30,972 nucleotides of DNA from an uncultured Clostridium sp. (lineage in GTDB: Bacteria; Bacillota; Clostridia; TANB77; CAG-508). Position 1 is the first letter of the stretch. The number at the start of each line of letters is the position of its first letter. The notes below the pieces were generated by a model that saw only the letters and a program-made list of their open reading frames with translations, was not told the DNA's origin and ran no database searches. This document shows, piece after piece, positions 9,329 through 19,251 of this stretch. The stretch lies in contig CANPCK010000008.1 of assembly GCA_947572545.1 (NCBI GenBank), forward strand, positions 1 to 30,972. The letters run 5' to 3'. A program made the position numbers and the translations under genes.

Positions 9329-11223
9329 TTATTTCTTTGCTTCTTCTATAAAAAAAGTTTTTTCTATACTATTTACTATACCTTTTGTATCAAGTCCGTA
9401 TTTTTGCTCTATTTCTGCTACACTTCCATGTTTTATAAATTCATCTGGATAACCGAATTTTTTCAATTTTATACTACTATTTATATTTTCATCATTAATT
9501 ACTTCTTCTACAGCATCTCCTAGTCCACCTTGAACTATATTATCTTCTATAGTTATCACTTTTTTCGTTTTGGTAATAGTATTAAATATTACATCTTTGT
9601 CTATTGGTTTTAAAAATCTTGCATTTATTACTTCTATACTTTTTCCATTTTCTTCTAAAATATTTGCCACCTCTATTGCTCTTTCTACCATTTTCCCAAT
9701 TGCTATTATACTTAAATCATTTCCTGTTTTTAGTATTTCTGCCTGTCCTAATTTTATTTCCTGATGTGTATCAAATTTTATCTTTCCCTCTCCTCCTCTT
9801 GGATACCTAATAACCACAGGTTTATTAAGTTGTACTCCAAATTCTAACATATTTTCTAGTTCTTTGAAATCTTTTGGTGCCATTACTGTAATATTTGGTA
9901 TCATAGAGAAAAACGACAAATCAAATACTCCTTGGTGTGTTTCTCCATCATTTCCAACTACTCCTGCTCTATCAACACACATTACTACTCCAAGATTTTG
10001 TATACACACGTCATGTATCACTTGGTCAAACGCCCTTTGATAAAATGAAGAATATATTGGTACTACTGGTATAATTCCATTTTTTGCAAGTCCTGCAGCA
10101 AGTCCTATTGCATGTTGTTCTGCAATTCCTACATCAAAAGTTCTTTCTGGTAATTCTTTTGCAAAAGCTGTAAGTCCTGTTCCATCTTTCATTGCTGCTG
10201 TTATTGCAACTATTTTATCATTCATCCTTGCTATTTTTAATAGTTTATCCCCAAACACTTTTGAGTAATCTTTAACTGTTTCCTTTTTGCTTTCTCCTGT
10301 CTTTATATCAAAATTTGCTGCACTATGAAATTTATCTGGATTTTCTTCTGCTGGTTTATATCCTTTTCCTTTTTTAGTAACAACATGTATTAGTACTGGA
10401 CCTTCCATTGTTTTACTTGTTTTCAGAATATTTTCTAACTTTTCTATATCATGACCATCTACTGGTCCTAAATACTTAAATCCTATATCTTCAAAAAGCA
10501 TATTAGGTAATAGTAGCTGTTTTATACTATATTTTATCTTTCTAATAAATCTTATAATCCTATTTCCACCATTTGGAAGCATTGTTACTATTTTTTTCAC
10601 ATAATCACTGGATTTTTTATAGAATTTTCTAGTTCTTGCTTTACTTAAGAACATTGAAATTCCACCAACATTCTTAGATATACTCATTTCATTATCATTT
10701 AATATAACTATTAAATCAGTTTTCATAGCCCCTGCATGATTTAACGCTTCTAATGCCATTCCTCCTGTTAATGCTCCGATCTCCTATTACTGCAATTATA
10801 TGCTCTTTTTTTTCTTCTTTCTTTAAATCTCTTGCTATTGCCATTCCAAGCGCTGCTGATATAGATGTACTGCTATGCCCTGTATCAAAACTATCATATT
10901 CTGATTCTATTTGCTTAGGAAAACCTGCCATTCCTTCAAATTGTCTTAATGTTGGCATTTGTTCTTTTCTTCCTGTTAAAATTTTATGTACATAGCTTTG
11001 ATGTCCCACATCCCAAACTATTTTATCAAATGGTGTATCAAAAACACTATGTATTGCTATTGTTAATTCTACTACACCTAAATTAGATGCTAAATGTCCT
11101 CCTGTATTTGATACTGTATTTATTATTAACTCTCTAATATCTCCAGAAAGTTCTTTTTTTTCTTCTATTGTTAATTTTTTTAAATCTTCTGTACCGGTTA
11201 ACTTTGTCTAAAATTTTTGGCAT
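9329..11223 (-). CDS. dxs: 1-deoxy-D-xylulose-5-phosphate synthase, requires +1 shifts at CGG (11196-11194) and CGG (10778-10776)
   Basis: Reconstructed: MPKILDKVN-[C][16 protein letters not shown]...[46 protein letters not shown]...VIGD-[C][16 protein letters not shown]..., the DXS thiamine-diphosphate region in the correct order. Confidence 0.95.
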
Positions 11224-11277
11224 CTTATCTTATTCCTTCCTCAAGCCAGTAATTAATTATAACAAGAATTATACCAT

Positions 11278-11308
11278 AAAAAAAGGACATATACAATGCC
11301 CTTTTTTT
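11278..11308 (-). terminator. possible terminator downstream of lexA
   Basis: Minus-strand AAAAAAGGGCATTGTATATGTCCTTTTTT imperfect hairpin with T tract. Confidence 0.5.
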
Positions 11309-11316
11309 ATCTAACT

Positions 11317-11974
11317 TTACATTTTTCTAAATACACCAGCTACTTTTCCAAGAATTTTGCAGTCTGGTACTATTATTGGGTCCATAGTTGAATTTTCTGG
11401 TTGAAGTCTAATATGATCTTTTTCTTTATAGAAAGTTTTTACTGTTGCCTCATCTTCTATTAAAGCAACAACGATCTCTCCATTATTTGCTGTATTTTGT
11501 TTTTTTATTAATATGTAATCTCCATCTAATATTCCAGCTTCTATCATGCTTTCTCCTCTTACTGTAAGCATAAAGCTTTCTGAATTACCAACAAAGTCTA
11601 TTGGTATTGGGAATGTATCTGTTACATTTTCTACTGCAAGAATTGGTGCCCCAGCTGTTATTTTTCCAATAACAGGTACTTCTACTAATTCTTTTGATGC
11701 ATAAAAGTCTTTTATGTTTTCTTGCTCCTTTTTTGCTTCTCCACCTTTTAATAATCTTAATGTTCTTCCTTTTTGACTTTCTTTTTTAATATATCCTTTT
11801 TGCTCTAATTTTGCTAAATATCCATGGACTGTTGCAGTAGATTTAAGTCCTACTGATTTTCCTATTTCTCTTACAGATGGTGCATATCCGCACTTCTGCT
11901 ATTTGTTTTTCAATACATTTTAGAATTGCTTTTTCTCTTTTATTTAGTTCGACTGTGCTTTTCTTTCTCCCCAA
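11317..11974 (-). CDS. lexA: LexA repressor, requires +1 shift at CGG (11890-11888); TTG start proposed
   Basis: Reconstructed: (TTG)[27 protein letters not shown]-[C][33 protein letters not shown]...GKITAGAPI...[22 protein letters not shown]; autoproteolysis and HTH regions in order; RBS 'aaggag' upstream. Confidence 0.92.
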
Positions 11975-12097
11975 AATTATCACTCCTTAAATTATTTGTT
12001 AAAATAATATCATAAAAACAAATAATTGTCAAACAAATTTTTGATGTTTGTTTGCTTTTCTTGACATATTATTTTTTATTTTTAATAAAATTATAGT

Positions 12098-13621
12098 ATG
12101 AATAGGATAAAACTTTTTTTATTTAACACAATAATTTTGACTGCCACTTCTCTTTTTATGAGTTGCATTAATATTTTCTTTGATATATATATTGCAAATA
12201 AGCTTGGCAGTGAAGGTGCACGGAATTTTTGAATTAATTATGTCTGTTTATACCTTTGCTATTACTTTTGCAAACTCAGGCATAAGCCTTGCTGCAACTA
12301 GAATTGTTGGAGAAGAACTTGATGGAAATAACGGAAGACGGTATAAAAGTTGCAATGAGAAAATGTATAGTATATAGCCTTTCTTTTGGCATTATTGCTT
12401 GCATTTTCTTCATTTTGTGTGCTCCTTACCTTTCTTCTGTACTACTACATGGAAAAATCACTTCTATGCCAATTTATGTGATGGCAATTGGACTTCCTTT
12501 TACCTCTCTTACGACTTCACTAAGTCGGATATTTTACAGGTGTTAGAAGAGTTTCAAAAACATCTTTTAGTAGAATTTTAACTATGATTATTCAAGTTGT
12601 TTTAACATGCTTTTTCTTATATGCTATGCCTTCTTCTGACCTAAATGTTGTTTGTACTTATTTAATGCTTGCAAGTGCGGTTTCATCATTATTTGAGTTT
12701 ATATTTACATATATTTTATATTTGATTGATAGAAGAAAGATCTCTAGTATTAATTCTCATTCTTCTACCAATTTCTTAAGAAAAATTTTGAGGATCGCTT
12801 TTCCTGTTGCAATTACTTCATACATTCGTTCTGGTCTTTCAACTTTGAAACAACTTCTAATCCCTTTTAGTTTAGAAAGGCATTCTTCCAATTGTGATGA
12901 AGCATTATCTCAATATGGACTTATTAATGGAATGACTATGCCAATTATTATGTTCCCTTGCATCATAATTACTTCTTGTGCTAATCTTCTAATTCCTGAA
13001 TTTGCAAGATATAACATAAAAAAAGATTTTAAGAGAATGAATCAAGTTATTGTGTTTATTTTTAAATTTACATCTTTTTTTAGTATTTGTGTAATTGGAA
13101 TATTTTTAACTTTTACAGAGGAACTATGCTATCTAATATATAATAATCTTGAGATTTCAGAATTTTTGCTTATTCTGTCTCCTTTGATTATTTTAATATA
13201 TCTAGATAAAATTATTGATGCTATGCTTAGAGGCCTTGATAAACAAGTTGGTGTTATGTTTTGCAATATTTTTGATTTGTTTATGACCATAATATTGATT
13301 TATACTATTGTTCCAATATATGGAATATATGGTTATTTAGCAATTATCGCTATTAGTGAAATACTGAATTTTACAATAAGTCTTATTCAATTATATAAAG
13401 TTACTAAATTTAAATTTGATTATGTTTCTTATGTAATTGTTCCAACACTACTGGTTTTTGCAACTAAGTTTTTGTTTGATAGTATTGATAGATATATTGA
13501 ATATGATATGGGTTTTGTGGTTTTTAAAATTTTAATCTTTGTTGCAATTTATATTGTTTTACTATTAAGCTTTAATATATTTAAGTTTGTTAAACAAAAA
13601 AGAGTTGTAATATTTAAGTAA
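12098..13621 (+). CDS. MATE/MurJ-superfamily polysaccharide/lipid II flippase (SpoVB-like), requires +1 shifts at 12221, 12339 and 12526
   Basis: Reconstructed: MNRIKLFLFNTIILTATSLFMSCINIFFDIYIANKLGSEGA-[C]G-IFELIMSVYTFAITFANSGISLAATRIVGEELDGNNGR-[C]G-IKVAMRKCIVYSLSFG...TSLS-[C]G-YFTGVRRVSKTSFSRILTM... to 13621. Confidence 0.9.
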
Positions 13622-13627
13622 TTTTAG

Positions 13628-13658
13628 GTGAAATTTAAGGAACGTCCCCAAATTTCAC
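13628..13658. repeat. small inverted repeat containing 'ggaacgtcccc'
   Basis: GTGAAATTT (13628-13636) / AAATTTCAC (13650-13658), 9-bp perfect stem. Confidence 0.5.
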
Positions 13659-13667
13659 TCATAGAAA

Positions 13668-13693
13668 AAGCACTTCATCTGAAGTGCCTTTTT
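13668..13693 (+). terminator. rho-independent terminator of the flippase gene
   Basis: GCACTTCA-TC-TGAAGTGC followed by CTTTTTT. Confidence 0.75.
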
Positions 13694-13715
13694 TATTGAA
13701 TAGGAAAAAATCGTA

Positions 13716-13743
13716 GATTTTGCTAACGTCCAATTTTCTTATT
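13716..13743 (-). repeat. inverted copy of the 28-nt core at 8149-8176
   Basis: gattttgctaacgtccaattttcttatt is the exact reverse complement of aataagaaaattggacgttagcaaaatc at 8149-8176. Confidence 0.85.
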
Positions 13744-13744
13744 A

Positions 13745-13996
13745 TTATCTTTTTGCTTTTATTTCTTCTAATGCTTTTGCTAATTGGTCTGGGCAAGATG
13801 TTCCTCTAATTCCACATGGTATTCCTTTTAAAAGCTCTATTACTTCTTCTATTTTTCTTCCTTCTACAAGTTTGCTAACTCCTATTGTGTTTCCTGGACA
13901 TCCACTTACTATTTTAACATTTTTTATTATATCTCCATCTAAGTCTATTATCATTTCACTTGAACATACACCTTGTGGCCTATATCTGTATTCCAT
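13745..13996 (-). CDS. TSCPD-domain protein
   Basis: 'MEYRYRPQGVCSSEMIIDLDGDIIKNVKIVSGCPGNTIGVSKLVEG...GIPCGIRGTSCPDQLAKAL': conserved TSCPD motif. Confidence 0.85.
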   Translation of the reverse strand: MEYRYRPQGVCSSEMIIDLDGDIIKNVKIVSGCPGNTIGVSKLVEGRKIEEVIELLKGIPCGIRGTSCPDQLAKALEEIKAKR

Positions 13997-14028
13997 TACT
14001 TACTTCACCTTTTCCTTTTTTCCAACAA

Positions 14029-14694
14029 TTAGATTTCACGAGCAAATACTATAATTCTTGCACTATTATCATTGTCTGTACATGTAGAAAGTGTAACTTC
14101 TCTCTTTCCTGATGTATCTCTATTATAGAAAGTTGTATCTGTTGCTTTTGCTGTAAAGTTTCTATAAACTTCATATGTTATTTCTGTTCCACTCGCGTCT
14201 TTTATATAAATTTTATCTCCATTAGATAGTTTACTCAAGTTTGAGAAAAATAAACCGTTTTTATAATTATGTCCTTGTATAACTGTATTCCCTACTTCAT
14301 TTATTCCAGGTCCAGAAAGATATGCCAATGCAATTTTTAGTGATTTAACTGTTACTTTTGCAAGTATTGGATATTTTATATTTATTGCTGGAATTGACAT
14401 TGTTCCTACTACTTTATATCCTCCATATTCTGTAGTTATTCCTGATGGATTACCATATATAGAATTACCATTATTTCCATCTCCAAGTGTTACATTAGTA
14501 TCCACATCATCTGGTTTTGGAGTAACTACATTCCCTGTATTTTGCTCAAAATTGTCTATTACATCTTTTGCACTTGTGTTTATGTAGTATTTATTATATA
14601 TTGAATATCCAAAATATCCAATAATTCCAAGTATTGCAATTATTGCTACTATTAAAAGTACTGTAAGCAATGTATTAAATTTACTATTAAACAT
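14029..14694 (-). CDS. sortase family protein (class D-like)
   Basis: N-terminal TM then 'GTMSIPAINIKYPILAKVT...VIQGHNY...LSTCTD..ARIIVFARE': sortase His/Cys/Arg motifs. Confidence 0.85.
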   Translation of the reverse strand: MFNSKFNTLLTVLLIVAIIAILGIIGYFGYSIYNKYYINTSAKDVIDNFEQNTGNVVTPKPDDVDTNVTLGDGNNGNSIYGNPSGITTEYGGYKVVGTMSIPAINIKYPILAKVTVKSLKIALAYLSGPGINEVGNTVIQGHNYKNGLFFSNLSKLSNGDKIYIKDASGTEITYEVYRNFTAKATDTTFYNRDTSGKREVTLSTCTDNDNSARIIVFAREI

Positions 14695-14788
14695 AAAAAT
14701 CCCTTCTTTCATTCTTCGGATTTTAACCATATATGTTTATTATAGCATATTTTTTTAGATTTGTACATGCTATTTTTTGCCTTATATG

Positions 14789-15124
14789 TTATAAAATTTT
14801 CTCTCCTAATTGTTTCCCTGCAAGTATATGGAAATGTAAGTGATTAACTGTTTGACCTGCATCTTTTCCGCAATTAGTTATCACTCTAAATCCTGTTTTA
14901 TCTATATTCTGTTGTTTTGCTATTTCTTGTATAGCATTTATTATATCTCCTGACATTTCTTTGTCTGCTTCCATGATTGTTGTTACATGTTTTTTTGGAA
15001 TTACAATTATATGAACTGGAGCTTGTGGATTTATATCATTAAATGCTAATACTTTTTCATTTTCATATACTATACTTCCAGGTATTTCTTTATTTATTAT
15101 TTTACAAAATATACAATCTTCCAT
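14789..15124 (-). CDS. HIT family (histidine triad) hydrolase
   Basis: 'CIFCKIINKEIPGSIVYENEKVLAFNDINPQAPVHIIVIPKKH...GQTVNHLHFHILAGK'. Confidence 0.95.
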   Translation of the reverse strand: MEDCIFCKIINKEIPGSIVYENEKVLAFNDINPQAPVHIIVIPKKHVTTIMEADKEMSGDIINAIQEIAKQQNIDKTGFRVITNCGKDAGQTVNHLHFHILAGKQLGEKIL

Positions 15125-15139
15125 ATATTTTATCTCCTT

Positions 15140-16897
15140 TTATTTTATTAGGATAGCCTTAATACGTCTAACTCCTGCTGAAGATGCCTCTTCTTTCTTT
15201 ATTTTAAATGTTCCTAAAACTCCAGTATGAGTTACATGTGGTCCTCCACATATTTCTTTGCTAAATTCACCTATTGTATATACTTTAACTTTGTCTCCAT
15301 ATTTATTTTCAAATAATCCCATTGCTCCTGATTTTTTTGCTTCATCATAACTCATTTCTTGACATGTAACTGGTAAATCTTTTTGTATTTGATCATTTAC
15401 TATTTTTTCTACTTCTTCTAGTTCTTCTTTTGTTACTTTTTGTGGATGTGCAAAGTCAAATCTTAGTCTTTCTTGTGTTATATTTGAACCTTTTTGTGTT
15501 GCATGTTCTCCTAAAACTATTTGAAGTGCTTTGTGTAGTAAATGAGTTGCTGTGTGATAAGCAATTGTTTCTTCTGTTTGGTCTGCTAAGCCACCTTTAA
15601 ATTTTTGTTCTGATCCTAGTCTTGACTTTTCTTGATGCTCTTTAAATAATTTATCAAATGTTTCTAAATCTACTTTAAAGCTATTTTCACTTGCGATTTC
15701 TTTAGTAACTTCTGGTGGGAACCCATAAGTTTCATATAGCCTAAATACCGTTTCTGCTGAAAGTGTATCTAAACCTTTTTCTCTTAACTTATTCAATTCT
15801 TTTTGTAATTCTCTTTCTCCATTTTCTAACGTCTTTGCAAACTTGTCCCTTTCTGCTATTATTGTATTTACTATATTTTCTTTATTTTGAATAAGTTCTG
15901 GATACATTTCTTTTAATACTTCTATATTTAGGTTTATTAATTCTGGTAATAAACTTAAATCTATCTGTAGTTTATTTAGATGTCTTATCATTCTTCTTAT
16001 TAATCTTCTTAAAATATATCCTCTATCTATATTGCTTGGTTTTCCACCATCTGCAATTATCATCATACTAGATCTTAAATGTTCTGCAACTATTCTTCTG
16101 CTTTCTATACTATCATTTTTAGCAAGTTTTGCAAGTTCATCCATGATTGGCTTAAATATTTCTGTGTCAAATGGTGTTTCTTTTCCTTGTAATAGCATAT
16201 TCATTCTCTCTAATCCAAGTCCTGTATCTACATTTTTTTGTTTTAATTTTGTATATGTTCCATTCGAATTTTTGTAATATTCCATAAATACATTATTCCA
16301 AATTTCTACATATTTTCCACAACTGCATGAAGGGTCACATTTATCAGAACATGCTGGTTTTCCTGTATCATAAAATATCTCTGTATCTGGACCACATGGA
16401 CCTTCGTCTCCTGCTATCCACCAGTTATCATCTTTTCCAAAATAGTATATTCTTTCTTCTGGCATTCCTACTTCTTTCCAAATTCTTGCTGTTTCTTCAT
16501 CTCTTGGTGCATCATTATCTCCTGCAAAACATGTTACAGATAATTTTTCTATTGGAATATTAAGTTCTTTTGTTAAAAATTCTATACTATATCTTATAGA
16601 CTCATTTTTAAAATAGTCTCCTAAAGACCAGTTTCCAAGCATTTCAAAAAATGTTAAGTGCCTATTATCCCCAACTTCATCTATATCTACTGTTCTTAAA
16701 CATTTCTGATAGTCTGCAAGTCTTGTTCCTTCTGGATGTTTTTCTCCTAATAAGTAAGGTACAAGTGGATGCATACCAGCTGTTGTAAATAATACTGATG
16801 GGTCATTTTCTGGTATTAATGGAGCACTTGGTATAATTTTATGTCCCTTCTCTTTAAAATAGTTTAAAAATTTGTTTCTAATTTCTATTGCAGTCAT
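15140..16897 (-). CDS. alaS: alanyl-tRNA synthetase, C-terminally short (585 aa)
   Basis: 'MTAIEIRNKFLNYFKEKGHKIIPSAPLIPENDPSVLFTTAGMHPLVPYLLG...' class II AlaRS core and editing motifs 'ATHLLH' and 'CGGPHVTHTG'; ends 'SSAGVRRIKAILIK*' just before the HIT gene RBS. Confidence 0.93.
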   Translation of the reverse strand: MTAIEIRNKFLNYFKEKGHKIIPSAPLIPENDPSVLFTTAGMHPLVPYLLGEKHPEGTRLADYQKCLRTVDIDEVGDNRHLTFFEMLGNWSLGDYFKNESIRYSIEFLTKELNIPIEKLSVTCFAGDNDAPRDEETARIWKEVGMPEERIYYFGKDDNWWIAGDEGPCGPDTEIFYDTGKPACSDKCDPSCSCGKYVEIWNNVFMEYYKNSNGTYTKLKQKNVDTGLGLERMNMLLQGKETPFDTEIFKPIMDELAKLAKNDSIESRRIVAEHLRSSMMIIADGGKPSNIDRGYILRRLIRRMIRHLNKLQIDLSLLPELINLNIEVLKEMYPELIQNKENIVNTIIAERDKFAKTLENGERELQKELNKLREKGLDTLSAETVFRLYETYGFPPEVTKEIASENSFKVDLETFDKLFKEHQEKSRLGSEQKFKGGLADQTEETIAYHTATHLLHKALQIVLGEHATQKGSNITQERLRFDFAHPQKVTKEELEEVEKIVNDQIQKDLPVTCQEMSYDEAKKSGAMGLFENKYGDKVKVYTIGEFSKEICGGPHVTHTGVLGTFKIKKEEASSAGVRRIKAILIK

Positions 16898-16914
16898 TTT
16901 ATTCCTCCTTGAAT

Positions 16915-17377
16915 TTAGTTGTTAGTAGATCCGAAGCCTCCTAAACGTTCTCCTTCTGCTTCATCTCCATCTACTACTAAAAATTTTTCAAATATTGCTT
17001 GTCCGAATGCATTCTCCTTTTTTTATTTCTATGTCTTCTTCTTTTATATTATAGAATGCAAACATAATATGTCCATCATTGTCAGGATTTCCATAATAAT
17101 CTGCATCTACAACTCCTATACTATTTGCAAGTATTAGTCCTTTCTTTTTTGGGTTTGAACTTCTATTGCATAATTTTAAATATTCATCTCCTTGCATATA
17201 TGCTTTTAATCCTGTTTTTACAAGTGTTGGATTCATTCCTTTTTTAAATGTTGGAATTACTATATCCTCTGCTGCTTCTATATCATATCCTGCTGAATAT
17301 TTTGTTTTACGTATTGGCATATTTATTCCTTTATCTTCAAATCCTTTTACAATTTCAAATCCTCTTATTCTTTCCAT
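16915..17377 (-). CDS. dut: dUTP diphosphatase family protein, requires +1 shift at CGG (17005-17003)
   Basis: '...MPIRKTKYSAGYDIEAAEDIVI...LANSIGVVDADYYGNPDNDGHIMFAFYN...KKGECI-[C]G-QAIFEKFLVVDGDEAEGERLGGFGSTNN*'. The C-terminal dUTPase motif (GGFGST) is reached only after the shift. Confidence 0.92.
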
Positions 17378-17510
17378 TTATTCTACCTCTTTTTCTATAA
17401 TTTTTTTAAAATTATATCACACAAGTAATAGAAAATCCAGTATTTTAAAGAATAAATTCTTTTCCATTTTATACATATTTATTGTTTTTTTTGAAATACT
17501 ACCTATTACT

Positions 17511-19220
17511 ATGAAAATTATAAATGATTTAATTAATTTAATAAAATATAAAGAGGCTCCTGATTATAATTTTATTTTACCTGATGCTGACGCTGATCAA
17601 GATAGTCAAGTAATAAATAATTCTTCTGAACTAGAGCCATTAGAAAAGGTTAATGAAAATGTTTATCCTTCCATTGATGTTAATTTAGAATATGTTAAAG
17701 TAAAATATAATACTTTAATTAATAGTGATATAAAAATTAGAAACTTTTACATCAATGCTAAGAATAAACAATATAGAGCGTTTTTATTATACATTGATGG
17801 AATGATTGATAGTAACTCAATTAATAAATTTGTTATAGAACCTCTTATGTTAAAAAACCGTTCTAATACAAGTAATGGTGAGGAAAGTATCATAAGTACT
17901 GCTGTAACCAATAATGCAATTGTAAGACGTATTAAAAGATTTAATCCTATTGATTATATCTCTGAATGTCTTGTACCTCAAAATGATGTTTCTACTTCTA
18001 ATAAATTTAAAGACATTTTTCAAAAAGTAAATGCTGGAATGTCAGCTCTTTTTGTTGATACTATTGATACAGTTTTTACTATTGATGCTAAAGGTTTTGA
18101 GAAACGCAGTGTTTCTCCTCCTCAAAACGAGATTATTATTCGTGGTCCTCAAGAAAGTTTTGTTGAGTCTATAAGGACTAATACAAGTCTTCTTAGGAGA
18201 CTTGTTAATAATGAAAATTTAATTATTGAGGACATGAGTGTTGGTACTGTGAGCTCTACTAAAATCCGGTGTATGTTATCTAAAAAATGTTGCTAATGAT
18301 GACTTAGTTGCAGAGGTTAAATATAGAATAAATAATTTAGGAATTGATTATTTGACTTCTTCTGGTCAATTAGAACATTTAATTGAAGATACAAATTATA
18401 GCCTTCCTCAACTTATATCTTCTGAAAGACCTGATAGAGTTTCTTCTTATATAATGGAAGGTAGAGTTGCAATATTAGTTAATGGAACTCCTTATGCTTT
18501 GGTTGCTCCTGGTATTCTTATTGATTACCTTTCTTCTCCAGAAGATAGGAATATAAAATATCAATTTTCTGATTTATTAAAATGCATTAGATTTTTTGCT
18601 TTGTTTTTAACTTTATTACTCCCTGGACTTTATGTTGCAACTACAACATTTCATCAAGAACTAATTCCTACTGAGTTTCTTTTTGCAATAATTGCTTCAA
18701 GGAATAATGTTCCTTTTCCAGTTATACTGGAAATTCTAATAATGGAAATTTCTCTTGAACTTATACGAGAATCCGGTGTAAGAGTTCCTGGTCCTTTAGG
18801 CCAAACTATTCGGTATCGTTCGGAGCTTTGATTTTAGGAGATGCAGCAGTTACTGCAAATATTGTTAGCCCTATACTTGTAATTGTTGTTGCAATTACTG
18901 GTATTACAGCTTTTGCTGTACCTGACTATTCTTTAAGTTTTCATGTTCGTTTGATGAGATTTTCGTATATTATTCTTGGATATTTTGCTGGCTTTTTAGG
19001 TATAGCTTTTGTGTTTGTACTACATTTATCAATGTTATCTAGTATAAATTCATTCGGAGTATCTTATTTAAGTCCATTTACTCCTGCTGCAAATTCTGAA
19101 GGTTATAACTATTTATTACCTCCTGCTTGGAAAAGAGAAAATAGACGAAGTTTCTTAAATACTAAGAGACAAAAAAGACAAGATGAAATTAGTAGAAAAT
19201 GGAAAAAAGGTGCTAAATAA
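17511..19220 (+). CDS. gerA: spore germination protein, GerA family; requires +1 shifts at 18267, 18811 and 18821
   Basis: Reconstructed: MKIINDLINLIKYKEAPDYNF...SSTKI-[C]G-VCYLKNVANDDLVAEVKYRINNLGIDYLTSSGQLEHLIED...VPGPLGQTI-[C]G-IV-[C]G-ALILGDAAVTANIVSPILVIVVAITGITAFAVPDYSL... Confidence 0.93.
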
Positions 19221-19251
19221 GTCTATATTTTAAGAAAGGAATGTTTTAATT

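Noticed and set aside
12332-12334. Additional shift at the ACGGA located 7 nt before 12339
   Set aside because: It is out of phase (AAC GGA) and shifting there would break the NNGR-G-IKV continuity.
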